A stretch of DNA of 64,000 bases from an uncultured Bacteroidales bacterium (GCA_900541925.1 UQMB01000002.1:49429-113428); one strand, 5' to 3'; numbered from the stretch's first letter, positions 30,138-39,741 are shown. Made by a program: numbers and translations. Notes: generated by a model not told the origin, from the letters alone.

Positions 30138-31169
30138 ATGAAAAGAATTATTTTACTCGCAGCATCGGCCATGGCAATACTTGCCGGCTGCACCAGGACG
30201 GAGATCCGCTCCATAGCGGACGAGCCGCAGCAGATCACTTTCAGGACCATTGAGACGAAAGCTGCTGATGACTTCCTGAACACCAAGAAGTTCTACTCTT
30301 ATGCCTACTTCCTTCCGTCAGGCCAGGATTGGGCGACAAAATTCGCAGATGCCCAGGCCTACATCCCGGGTGCACTTATCGCCTTCAACACAACTGACAA
30401 CGCCTGGAAAGCGTCCGGAGCGACATACTACTGGCCGAAACAAGGCTCTCTCACCTTCTTCGCCTGGACTGACTACACCGATGCTCCTGCGCCAACACTG
30501 GCAGGATGCGCGAAAGACAAGGGGATCACATTTACCGCCTACTCCGCTTTTGACCATAAGAATAAGGACCTGCTTGTGGCAGACATAGCAAAAGACATGA
30601 ACGGCAAGAACCTGACAACACATCAGGGATGGAAGCCAGGCGTGCCTACCGTATTCCACCATGTCCTCTCCAATCTCGCATTCACAATCAAGACCAACGA
30701 AAACTATGCCGGAGCCACATATAGTCTCAAATCCATCACATTGAAGAATATCAGCACCAAGGGTGATTATGCCCAGGGCAGCCCTACCGCCACCGTTGCA
30801 GAAAATGTATGGACAGGCCATGTCGATGTCAAGGACATGCCGGTATTCACGAGCGCTGCAGGACAGTCTGTCAGCAGCACAGCTGCACTGCTCTCACCGA
30901 GCGCGGATGACTTCAGCATTGTGCTCCCTCAGAAATTCGCTGACGCGACTCCAGAAATCGAGATAGTCTACACCATCACCACCAACTATACCGGGACTGC
31001 TGTTGTGGAGACCGTGACAGAGACCAAGCCTCTCAAGGACATCTACACCGAAGGCTGGGTGTCCGGCAAGAAATACACTCTCAACATCAAGCTCTCCCTC
31101 AACGAGATTCTCTGGGATCCTTCAGTTGAGGGCTGGGAAGATGGTGCCGTTACCGATATCCAGTTCTAA
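30138..31169 (+). CDS. Fimbrillin-family lipoprotein (paralogue 2)
   Basis: 343 aa, lipobox ILAGC; shares the YYWPKxGSLTFFA and VPxVFxHxLS motifs with the 26442 and 31268 genes. Confidence 0.8.
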   Translation: MKRIILLAASAMAILAGCTRTEIRSIADEPQQITFRTIETKAADDFLNTKKFYSYAYFLPSGQDWATKFADAQAYIPGALIAFNTTDNAWKASGATYYWPKQGSLTFFAWTDYTDAPAPTLAGCAKDKGITFTAYSAFDHKNKDLLVADIAKDMNGKNLTTHQGWKPGVPTVFHHVLSNLAFTIKTNENYAGATYSLKSITLKNISTKGDYAQGSPTATVAENVWTGHVDVKDMPVFTSAAGQSVSSTAALLSPSADDFSIVLPQKFADATPEIEIVYTITTNYTGTAVVETVTETKPLKDIYTEGWVSGKKYTLNIKLSLNEILWDPSVEGWEDGAVTDIQF

Positions 31170-31183
31170 GACACTTTTATGAT

Positions 31184-31246
31184 GCGCGGCACTTTATAAT
31201 CCGCGCGTCTTCAGCACAGTCTGAAAGGGCCTGGCCGCCCTTTCAG
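31184..31246 (+). promoter_or_regulatory. Two intergenic stem-loops between fimbrillin genes (possible attenuator or processing site)
   Basis: GCGCGG-N11-CCGCGC (31184..31206) and a perfect 10-bp stem CTGAAAGGGC/GCCCTTTCAG with a 6-nt loop (31221..31246). No U tract follows. Confidence 0.45.
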
Positions 31247-31267
31247 GCACAAATCAAAACACAAGAA

Positions 31268-32236
31268 ATGCTCAAGAGACTGATTATGGCCGTATTGGTC
31301 CTGACACTTGGCTGCTGCACGAAAATAGTGCAGCAGAGCGGTCCTACGGACAATACCGAAATCAGCTATCAGGTGATAAGCGACAGGACAAAGGCCCCCT
31401 TAGAAGCGTACCCGACAACGGTCCCGTTCGTCTCTTCCGCATGGTATCTGCCACAGGGGAAGAAGTGGGCCGCCAACAAGGCGGACGCCCAACTGTACAT
31501 CTCCTCCGCTGTCATAAGTTACGACCCCACCACAAAGGTCTTCAAGGCGGCGACGCCGTATTATTGGCCCAAGAAGGGGTCTCTCACATTTATGGCCTAT
31601 TCACCGGAATCCGACAAAATACAGATTACCAAAGAGGGCGTGGAGGTTACAGGCTGGGCCACAAACGGGAGCGACAAGAGAATCGATCTTATGGTGGCAG
31701 ACATCAAGTCCGCCAACGGTACTTCATACGGTATGGTCGGCGTACCTATCGTATTCAGGCATATTCTTTCCAAAGTAGCCGTGACGGCATTCATCGAAAA
31801 GGCAGAAACCGGGAAAACGATTTCCCTGAACAGAATAATTTTCCGTAATGTCTATGGCGAGGCGGATTTCAACGGCTCGGAATGGACCAACAGAGGTGAT
31901 GTCCACGATGTTGACAACACGCTGACAAATCCCATAACGCTCAATGTCAACAAGCAAAACATCATCGAGACAATGCTTCTGATACCTCAGAGCCTTTCGG
32001 CTGTCGGCACGAGGGAGAATGTCAAGATGGAGATCTACTACACCATCAATAACAACGGAGCCATCCAAAACGAGAATGTGTCCATATCTCTCAACCAGCA
32101 CGGCGCTGCCTGGGAAAGAGGGAAATACACTGAATATCAGATTATATTCGGAACTTCTGACCATCCTATCGATTTCGGAGGAAGCGTTTCCGACTGGACC
32201 GGCTATGGTAATACTGACATTGTAATCGGAGGATAG
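31268..32236 (+). CDS. Fimbrillin-family lipoprotein (paralogue 3)
   Basis: 322 aa, lipobox LTLGCC, motifs YYWPKKGSLTFMAYSPE and VPIVFRHILSKV. Confidence 0.8.
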   Translation: MLKRLIMAVLVLTLGCCTKIVQQSGPTDNTEISYQVISDRTKAPLEAYPTTVPFVSSAWYLPQGKKWAANKADAQLYISSAVISYDPTTKVFKAATPYYWPKKGSLTFMAYSPESDKIQITKEGVEVTGWATNGSDKRIDLMVADIKSANGTSYGMVGVPIVFRHILSKVAVTAFIEKAETGKTISLNRIIFRNVYGEADFNGSEWTNRGDVHDVDNTLTNPITLNVNKQNIIETMLLIPQSLSAVGTRENVKMEIYYTINNNGAIQNENVSISLNQHGAAWERGKYTEYQIIFGTSDHPIDFGGSVSDWTGYGNTDIVIGG

Positions 32237-32240
32237 AGAC

Positions 32241-33284
32241 ATGCACAAGATAAGAACAGCACTATTCGTATCTGCGGCAGTATTGCTCGGCTCATGCACC
32301 AAACCCCAAGGTGAGGAGCACGGGACAGCCATCGGATTCAGCACAAGCACCGTTTCGCAGGTTGAAGGCACCAAGTCAAACCATACCGGCGAATCAACTA
32401 CGACCGCAACCCTTAAGAACAAATCCTTCGGAATATATGGAATGTATTCAGTCACCGACGGAGGAAAAGGCACCAACGTATTCGACTTTTCTTCTCCGGT
32501 GGAGGTGCGTTATACAACAGACGTCATCAGCCACGAGACCAACTGGACATATACGTTCAGCGGGTCGCAGTATTCCGCCAAGAAGAATTGGAAAAGGAAC
32601 ATGTATTACCGGTTTAGGGCCTATCACCCGTACGATGCCACCATTCTGCAATCCAGCTCATCCGCAGACGGTATCGACATAGAATACCGCGTTCTGGATG
32701 ACAGTTATGACCTTCTGCTGGCTTCGGCAAAGCGATATCCTGCAAATGACGGCTACGGCAGAGTGCAGATGGAGTTCCATCACGCTCTGTGCGCACTGAA
32801 ATTCAAAATAGCATTCAAGGAGACAGTCACGCCATCCACATACACGGACAATATAATCCATTTCTACATCAAGGGATTAAACGCCTACGGGCATCTTAAC
32901 CACACCGGATTCGGCGCAGACGAAGCGTTCAACTGGCAAGGGACATTCAACAGCCAGGACAAACTTTACGAATGGACCGGAGACAAGACATTCGGAGTCA
33001 AGGGACCGGTAGAGCCTACGGATATATTGGAAAGCAACGAATACTTTTTCGCAATTCCGCAAACGTGCAGTGACCCGGCAAACGGTCCGACATCCATCCA
33101 CCTGTTCACCCGGAAAAGCGGAGGAGACAACGAAATCGACCATACCGTCAATCTGCAGCCGCTCAAATGGGAAGCCGGCAAAATCTACACTTACACGCTT
33201 CTTGTCAATAAATCAGACATCGAGGTATCCGTCACCATCGAGCCTTGGCTCACCAAACAAGTCCCTGTGGACATTTATCTGTAG
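32241..33284 (+). CDS. Fimbrillin-like lipoprotein (divergent paralogue 4)
   Basis: 347 aa, lipobox LLGSC, motif EFHHALCALKF and the C-terminal EPWLTKQVPVDIYL typical of Mfa-like pilins; lower GC (about 49%). Confidence 0.6.
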   Translation: MHKIRTALFVSAAVLLGSCTKPQGEEHGTAIGFSTSTVSQVEGTKSNHTGESTTTATLKNKSFGIYGMYSVTDGGKGTNVFDFSSPVEVRYTTDVISHETNWTYTFSGSQYSAKKNWKRNMYYRFRAYHPYDATILQSSSSADGIDIEYRVLDDSYDLLLASAKRYPANDGYGRVQMEFHHALCALKFKIAFKETVTPSTYTDNIIHFYIKGLNAYGHLNHTGFGADEAFNWQGTFNSQDKLYEWTGDKTFGVKGPVEPTDILESNEYFFAIPQTCSDPANGPTSIHLFTRKSGGDNEIDHTVNLQPLKWEAGKIYTYTLLVNKSDIEVSVTIEPWLTKQVPVDIYL

Positions 33285-33290
33285 TACGCC

Positions 33291-34772
33291 ATGAAGAGGT
33301 TTCTATTGTTAATATTCTTCATTTCCCTGATAGGATGCAGCAAGAACCCGCACGCCACTGAAAGCGGAAGCGGAAATATCGAGATATCCATAACTCTTCC
33401 TTCCACCAAATCAGCCAGGAGCGGGGATGAGATAAATTCTCTGCGCATCTGGCTCGTGGACAAGGACGATAATATAGTAAGAGTCATCAGTGCTGACGGA
33501 AGTGCTGCCGGAAGCCCGGCCTCGGGAGAGGACGGAATCACCATGACAGGAATGGGAACTGCATCGGCACAGTTTATCAATGTGGAACGCGCCTCATACA
33601 CGCTCTATTTCGTGGCCAACAGCGACGCGCTGTCTTCGTATACTGCGGGAGACATAATTGATGATGCTTTCAAGAAGGCGACCATCAACTATGAGTACGG
33701 TATATACGGAATGCCGCTGAGCGTCGTGAAAGAAATCCATGTAGTCCCGGGCAAGAATATGATCAGCGCTTCTCTTGTCAGAATATGCGCCAAGATACAT
33801 GTAACTGTCCGGAACAGCACCCTTGACAAAATGATTTGGATCAAGGACATAAGCCTCAATGACATCCGCCCGGACAAGACCTATCTTTTCGAGCAAGACA
33901 GCTTCTTTCCAGGGGCCGGATACGAGGAATTGGAGAAAATGACCACCATAATAGGTCTTGAGCCAAACACGGAGATGACTTATCCTGCCGTGTACCTTTT
34001 CGAGACCGATAAAGCTCCGGGAATAAAAATCCGCGGAGGTGTATTTGCCAGCAATCAGACAAAAGAGCCGGACGTAATCACCAAGGACATCTCTTCATAC
34101 TCATTCGAAGAGACGAGCGAAAGCCTGAATGAAGGCAACCAGTATCTGGTAATGAACAAAAGCATGAGATATCTGCTGAAAGGACACCATAGCGGCTCTG
34201 TGGGTATTGATTTTCTCGCAAGCGGAGACGGCCCGAAGAACCACCTGCTTGCCAGCAGCGACATTGAAGACTATATCTGGACTTATGAGTCGCAATATGT
34301 GTCATGGTGGACGACATATTACGATCTTAAAAACATCGGACAGAACAAATACCTGAAAAACTCCTCCGGCAAGCTTGACCTTGGTACAAGTATAGATAAC
34401 TTCACTTTCAACGGAGATAAGACCAACGGGCACACAATCAGCTCCGGCGGCAATTATATATGGAACAATGCCGGAACCCTTGACTTCAACGACAAAGGCA
34501 AGTCCCCGCAGAATCAATGGTACTTCTATAAAGTAAATTCAGTCACTACCACAGAGGAAGTATTTGACGGTGCGGAAGCCCTTATAAACTACTCCGACAA
34601 CGATCTTAGCCATATAGACCCGGATCTTGGCGTAGCTGTCCCTCTACAGAGAATCAAGCGCAACGAGAGTATCGACATAAGAGTCAGTATCTTTTTCAAC
34701 AAGAATACCGGGAAACTGGATTTCGAGACAGAGATTTGGAAAACGGTCGATAATGAAACCACTTTTGATTAG
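33291..34772 (+). CDS. Lipoprotein, putative fimbrial tip/accessory protein
   Basis: 493 aa, lipobox LIGCS, about 48% GC, tightly linked (7-bp gap) to the pilin gene upstream; no recognisable catalytic motifs. Confidence 0.45.
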   Translation: MKRFLLLIFFISLIGCSKNPHATESGSGNIEISITLPSTKSARSGDEINSLRIWLVDKDDNIVRVISADGSAAGSPASGEDGITMTGMGTASAQFINVERASYTLYFVANSDALSSYTAGDIIDDAFKKATINYEYGIYGMPLSVVKEIHVVPGKNMISASLVRICAKIHVTVRNSTLDKMIWIKDISLNDIRPDKTYLFEQDSFFPGAGYEELEKMTTIIGLEPNTEMTYPAVYLFETDKAPGIKIRGGVFASNQTKEPDVITKDISSYSFEETSESLNEGNQYLVMNKSMRYLLKGHHSGSVGIDFLASGDGPKNHLLASSDIEDYIWTYESQYVSWWTTYYDLKNIGQNKYLKNSSGKLDLGTSIDNFTFNGDKTNGHTISSGGNYIWNNAGTLDFNDKGKSPQNQWYFYKVNSVTTTEEVFDGAEALINYSDNDLSHIDPDLGVAVPLQRIKRNESIDIRVSIFFNKNTGKLDFETEIWKTVDNETTFD

Positions 34773-34781
34773 ATTACCATC

Positions 34782-37700
34782 ATGAAGAAAAGATACTTTT
34801 CCACCATATTCGCAGCGATATTCCTGCTTATGATGACTTCCTGCGTCAGGGAGCAGTTTGCTCCGGGCGGCCTTACCGGCGGAGAGGGCTACCTCTACCT
34901 GAAATTCGGCTCGGCTCCGAATGTGGAGGTAAGCACCAAAGCCACCCTCAAAGCCGAGAGTGAAAACAGGATAATGAACCTTTATGTGTTCGTCTTCGAT
35001 AAGAACGGACACAAGATTCACAACAAGTGGTATAGCGAACTTGACCGCACGAACAGCAAAGGAGAACTGGATATCATCGAAGAAGGATGGTATAGGGAGA
35101 ACAGTTCGCAGGCAGACCAGTCAAGTACCGGAGTCATCAAGATCAAATCCCCTTCCGGGTCAGGATTCAAAATCTATGTGTTTGCGAACATTGACGGAGA
35201 TATGGTGAAAATATCTTCTGAAATGCTGTCTCACAACATAAATACCGAGGATGACATAAAGAATTTCCGGGTATATATCAATCAGGAGACAACATCCAGA
35301 AACGGATACTTCCCTATGTCCGGAAGCATATCCGGAGTTACGGTAAGCGACGGTGAGGGCATTACCATAGGTGGAGGAGGCTCAGGGAGCCTTATTCTCC
35401 GAAGAATGGATGCCAAGATAAAGTTCACGTTCAAAGCAGGCACAAGACCTGACGAGAACGGCCAGGTCATCCAGTCTTTCGAGCCGAAAGGTTGGAGAGT
35501 ATTCAATATCCCTAAGACGGCCTTTCTGATGGAGGGAAATGAAGACGCATGCAGCGTTGATCCGAATACTCCGACCGGAGACTACGCAAAGTACGCATCT
35601 TTATTCTTCGACAGCGAATGGGCAAATTTCGAAGAATTCCCGGACCAGAACACCTCGTCTTTCTCTTTCTACATGATGGAGAACAGGCAGACGCCGAAAA
35701 ACTCCTCATTCACAAGCTATCAAGACAGGAGCAGGCAGAAAAAGACCGCCACCGGACTCAATGAAGTACAGGCTGTGGAATACACCAACCTTTCCGGAAA
35801 GACAAGTACCAAGTCCATGCGCATCTTCCAGAATGCAAACGACTTCTCCACTTACGTCCTGGTATCCGCCAAGGTCACCATGAAACTGACCGGCACCGAG
35901 GCAGGACAGACTTTGGGCGGGGACGTGCTGTATCTTATCCATCTTGGGGACTGGGACAGCACCATTCATAACGGAAATTCAGAGCATTGGAATGATGACG
36001 AATACGGGAATGTGGCCAATTCCCAGACCAGAAGGAATACAAGTTACAACTATACCGTCACCATCAATTCGGTCAACAACATAAGAATAGAAGTCGAGAC
36101 CTCGGACGGGGAAAATATCGAGAACCAGCCCGGTGCTTCAGGGCAGATAACTATAGCCAAAGAGGAAATCGCCATTTGCGACGCCCACTACGAGACCAAG
36201 ACCATGACCTTCAGCGCGAAGAATTTCTTCGAGGGGACAACCGCTACGGCCGATGACCTGACATGGCGGGTAAAGACACCTTTCGGGGAAGGCTCTCCGG
36301 CCATAGGACATGACGGAGAGGACATCCCGGCCGGACTGGACTACAAATGGGTTCACTTCAGACTCAACAAAAAGGATGCGTCCACCAAATTTTATAAAGA
36401 CATACGACGCAGGTATACAAACCGCGCTTTCGCCGAGTCATCCACTTTCAGAAGCGCCGAAGAGAACAAGGAGTCTGACGGAAGCAACGACCCCGGCCTT
36501 GAGGGCTACCACAATGACGGCGTGATGGATATCATCGATATGGTGAAATACATCAAGACGCAAGTGAAAAGATACGCGTCATGGCTTGAGAACGGCGGTA
36601 ATTATGCAGACTACAAATGCGACTTCGACAGCGAGAATCTCAATGATGCCAAGATATGCGTAACTGTGTTCGTGGACGAGTATTACTACGATAAGGATCC
36701 TATCTTCGGCGGGTCTTCCCCTACGCTTTGGAAGCGATTTGTCAATAAGGAAGAGCGCGCCATGCACATATTGTGCAACTCCAATACCAGTAAGGACCTT
36801 GAATCGCGCGCCACCGGCTCCGTCATCACCATACAGCAAAAACCAATAAAGAGCATATACAACACGGATGAAAGTTACACCAGGCTCCAAAATGCATGGG
36901 GGCTCGAATCCACGGACGAATATGCGGATAAGGTATTCACCTACAATCAAGACGGGTCCCGGAACGGCTCTGGCAAGAATACGGATGACTACAATGGCCT
37001 GGCCAACAGTGTCTTCGAATGGGGACTTGCGCCAAACGGAACCACAGTGAGCAACATCACCACCATACAGGACAACGTCAGATGGGACAAATATCTCTCG
37101 TTTGAAGTGGGAAACGAACTGCCTCAGCTAAAGGACGGATATGAGTCGCTAAGATATATATGCATGTCCCGCAACAGGGACAACAACGGAAACGGCGTTA
37201 TAGACCGCGATGAGGTAAGATGGTATCTTGCATCCGTAAGACAGCTGATAGGTCTGTATGTGGGAGACGGCGTACTGGAAAGCTCGGTACGTATATACAA
37301 CAGATCCACCGCTGACCGCAATTCGGATAATCCTGCGCGCTGGAGGCAGCATGTCATCTCCAGCACCAAGTATCCAAGCGACTCTGAGCCTACTGTCATC
37401 TGGGGAGAGGAGGGTATCTCCACAGGAAATATCAGCGGCTCATTCGACTGGGGAGGAATTACAAATTTTACCATAAGATGTGTAAGGAACCTTGGTCTGG
37501 CAAACGATGCGCCTATAAATAAGACGCCGGACGACTATATCCAGGCCTCGCAGAATGCGGACGGCTCATATACTTTCGAATGCACCCACATCAATGAAAG
37601 CGCCCTAAGGTACTACTCTTCAAGAGAGCTTGACTATGAGGATGAGCGTGCCACCGCAAACAGCCTTTACAAGAAATTCGAGACCGCACCCGCGGACCAA

Positions 37701-38027
37701 AGCTGGACATCAGGAGCGGTATCGTTCAAAGCCCTCAATGATGAAGTCAGCAAATATGGTTCTTCCGTATATGCAGGGTATTGCCCTGACGGATACAGGA
37801 TTCCAAGCCAGACGGAACTTGCTGTAATAAGATACTACACGAGCTTGGTGTCGTCCGGAACTTACCCAAGCCGAACCTTCTGGTCCTTTGGAGTGGAGGC
37901 TTTGGGTGGCAGCGGAAAAGACGGCGGCAACAAATACGGATTTTGTGCAGACGGTGGCAACATTTCACTCAGCGCAAACGCTACTTTCTCTAAAGCACGC
38001 TGCGTTCGTGACATACGTGTAGAATAG
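34782..38027 (+). CDS. Large (1081 aa) lipoprotein, putative fimbrial tip adhesin with C-terminal DUF1566 (Lcl C-terminal)-like domain
   Basis: Lipobox MMTSC; an N-terminal Mfa-like fold segment (MNLYVFVFDKNGHK); the C-terminal ~280 aa carry DUF1566-like motifs (RWYLASVRQL, GYRIPSQTELAVI, FWSFG, terminal RCVRDIRVE). About 47% GC. Confidence 0.6.
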   Translation: MKKRYFSTIFAAIFLLMMTSCVREQFAPGGLTGGEGYLYLKFGSAPNVEVSTKATLKAESENRIMNLYVFVFDKNGHKIHNKWYSELDRTNSKGELDIIEEGWYRENSSQADQSSTGVIKIKSPSGSGFKIYVFANIDGDMVKISSEMLSHNINTEDDIKNFRVYINQETTSRNGYFPMSGSISGVTVSDGEGITIGGGGSGSLILRRMDAKIKFTFKAGTRPDENGQVIQSFEPKGWRVFNIPKTAFLMEGNEDACSVDPNTPTGDYAKYASLFFDSEWANFEEFPDQNTSSFSFYMMENRQTPKNSSFTSYQDRSRQKKTATGLNEVQAVEYTNLSGKTSTKSMRIFQNANDFSTYVLVSAKVTMKLTGTEAGQTLGGDVLYLIHLGDWDSTIHNGNSEHWNDDEYGNVANSQTRRNTSYNYTVTINSVNNIRIEVETSDGENIENQPGASGQITIAKEEIAICDAHYETKTMTFSAKNFFEGTTATADDLTWRVKTPFGEGSPAIGHDGEDIPAGLDYKWVHFRLNKKDASTKFYKDIRRRYTNRAFAESSTFRSAEENKESDGSNDPGLEGYHNDGVMDIIDMVKYIKTQVKRYASWLENGGNYADYKCDFDSENLNDAKICVTVFVDEYYYDKDPIFGGSSPTLWKRFVNKEERAMHILCNSNTSKDLESRATGSVITIQQKPIKSIYNTDESYTRLQNAWGLESTDEYADKVFTYNQDGSRNGSGKNTDDYNGLANSVFEWGLAPNGTTVSNITTIQDNVRWDKYLSFEVGNELPQLKDGYESLRYICMSRNRDNNGNGVIDRDEVRWYLASVRQLIGLYVGDGVLESSVRIYNRSTADRNSDNPARWRQHVISSTKYPSDSEPTVIWGEEGISTGNISGSFDWGGITNFTIRCVRNLGLANDAPINKTPDDYIQASQNADGSYTFECTHINESALRYYSSRELDYEDERATANSLYKKFETAPADQSWTSGAVSFKALNDEVSKYGSSVYAGYCPDGYRIPSQTELAVIRYYTSLVSSGTYPSRTFWSFGVEALGGSGKDGGNKYGFCADGGNISLSANATFSKARCVRDIRVE

Positions 38028-38177
38028 GGCTATTACATCTCCACCGGCTTATACTTAGGCACGAGGAGCTTCATTATCGTCCATGCTAAAATATATGCGA
38101 CACCGCAGCAGCAGAACATAATGAAGTACCCGCCCTGCTTGCCTTCGAAGCCAAGGAACATGAAAGCGGCCAAGAAG

Positions 38178-38489
38178 TCACTGAGATACTTCTGCATGGC
38201 CCGCAACCGCGACAACAACGGCGACGGCAAGATAGACCGCAGCGAGCTCCGCTGGTACACGGCATCCATCAAGCAGCTCGTCGGGCTCTATGTGGGCAAC
38301 GGCAACGCCCTTGAGAAAAGTTTCTCCCGTACATACTGGTCCTTCGGAGTGGTGCCGGGCATCTATGGAGAGCATGGAAAGGATGGAGGCGACAAATACG
38401 GCTACGGCTATGATACCCCCAACATATACCTTGCGGCGACTCACACTACAGCGACGACCCGCTGCGTCCGCGACATCCGCGTCAACTGA
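38178..38489 (+). pseudogene. Orphan DUF1566-like domain fragment (compact paralogue of the C-terminus of the 34782 gene)
   Basis: The translation SLRYFCMARNRDNNGDGKIDRSELRWYTASIKQLVGLYVG...YWSFGV...GKDGGDKYG...RCVRDIRVN aligns with two separated segments of the upstream protein. There is no signal peptide, and the upstream 57 nt of the listed ORF are non-homologous. Confidence 0.55.
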
Positions 38490-38713
38490 CCAGTCCCGGC
38501 AGTGACCTGTGCTTTCCGCCGCACCTGCTCTTGCTGCCACCGTCGCGCGCAGCCCCCGATGCTAAGACGAGCCTCGCGTACACCACAGGGCCATTTTCTG
38601 CACCGCACTGTCCGGCGAGGCCGTCCCGTACAACAGAAGGCCTGATTCTGTACGGCGCGGTGGGGCCTGCCGTCACAGGACCGCCTCTTGCCCATTGCTG
38701 AAGCCCGTTGCTG

Positions 38714-38836
38714 CCAGGTGTGAGCCTATTCCGGCATTTCCGCTGCTACCTGGACCTTCCAGCTGCTCTGCATGGCTCTCTCAGGCATCCGCCTACGCCA
38801 GGTGTGAGCCTATTCCGCCGAATCGGCTCACACCTG
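38714..38836. repeat. GC-rich REP-like palindromic units (40-mer CCAGGTGTGAGCCTATTCCGGCATTTCCGCTGCTACCTGG and a hairpin variant)
   Basis: A 40-mer at 38714..38753; a 10-bp-stem hairpin GGTGTGAGCC-N14-GGCTCACACC at 38801..38834. The same 40-mer recurs in opposite orientation at 59344, 60230 and 60314. Confidence 0.8.
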
Positions 38837-38952
38837 CATCGCGTGACTCAGGCTCCTGGCCCGGCACTATGGCAGCGGGCGCCCTGGACAGGCGGCCTCC
38901 TGCGATGCTTTTGTGTTGAGCAGGAGGCTGCCCGCTCCCGAGGCGCCCATCT

Positions 38953-38991
38953 TAGTAAGCGGCAAAAAATAAGTTGCCGCAGATTTGGCAA
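38953..38991 (+). promoter_or_regulatory. Conserved 39-bp upstream motif, copy B
   Basis: Identical 39-mer to 21203..21241, about 135 bp upstream of the V-type ATPase operon start. A TAtaTTTG -7 box follows at 39069..39076. Confidence 0.6.
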
Positions 38992-39126
38992 AGATTTTTG
39001 TGGATAGATTTCTTTTTGAAGAAGGAGTGTGCCGGTGCACATGACTGATAAAAAAGGAATATTTTGTGTATATTTGCGTCTAACCGCTCCAGCGGCCAGA
39101 CGCATTTGACTAATAACAAACTCTAT

Positions 39127-39741
39127 ATGTCCAACAAACTACAGGAACTTACCGACAAGCTCTACAACGAGGGACTGTCGAAAGGCAAGGAGGAGGGAGA
39201 ACTCCTTCTTGCCAAGGCACATAAAGAAGCCGACGAAATAGTGGCCAAGGCCAGAGCCGAAGCCGCTTCCATAATGGAGAAGGCGGAGAGCGACGCCGCC
39301 GGCCTGAAGGCCAAGGCCGAATCAGACATCAGGATGGCCGCGTCCCAGAGCCTCCAGACAGCCAAGAAGAGCATCGAGGACCTCCTGCTCGGCTCCCTCG
39401 TCTCCGACAAGGTCAAAGAATCCCTCTCCGACCCGGAGTTCATCAAGAAGATAATCGTGGCCGTAGCCGACAAGTTCAACGCTGAGGAGAGCTGCGACCT
39501 CTCCCTCGTCCTCCCCGCCTCGCTCCAGTCGGAGCTTGAGCCGTGGGTCAAGGACGGCCTGCAGAAGCAGCTCGGCAAGGGCGTACAGGCGCAGTTCTCC
39601 AAAAGGATCGCCGGCGGCTTCACCATCGGCCCCAAGGAGGGCAGCTGGTATGTGAGCCTGAGCGACGAGACGTTCCGCGAGCTCATCGCCGAATACATCC
39701 GCCCGGTGACAAGGAAGATTCTCTTCGGGCAGGATGAATAA
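39127..39741 (+). CDS. V/A-type ATPase subunit E
   Basis: 204 aa Lys/Glu/Ala-rich coiled-coil (start ATG 39127); first gene of a V-type ATPase operon. Confidence 0.8.
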   Translation: MSNKLQELTDKLYNEGLSKGKEEGELLLAKAHKEADEIVAKARAEAASIMEKAESDAAGLKAKAESDIRMAASQSLQTAKKSIEDLLLGSLVSDKVKESLSDPEFIKKIIVAVADKFNAEESCDLSLVLPASLQSELEPWVKDGLQKQLGKGVQAQFSKRIAGGFTIGPKEGSWYVSLSDETFRELIAEYIRPVTRKILFGQDE

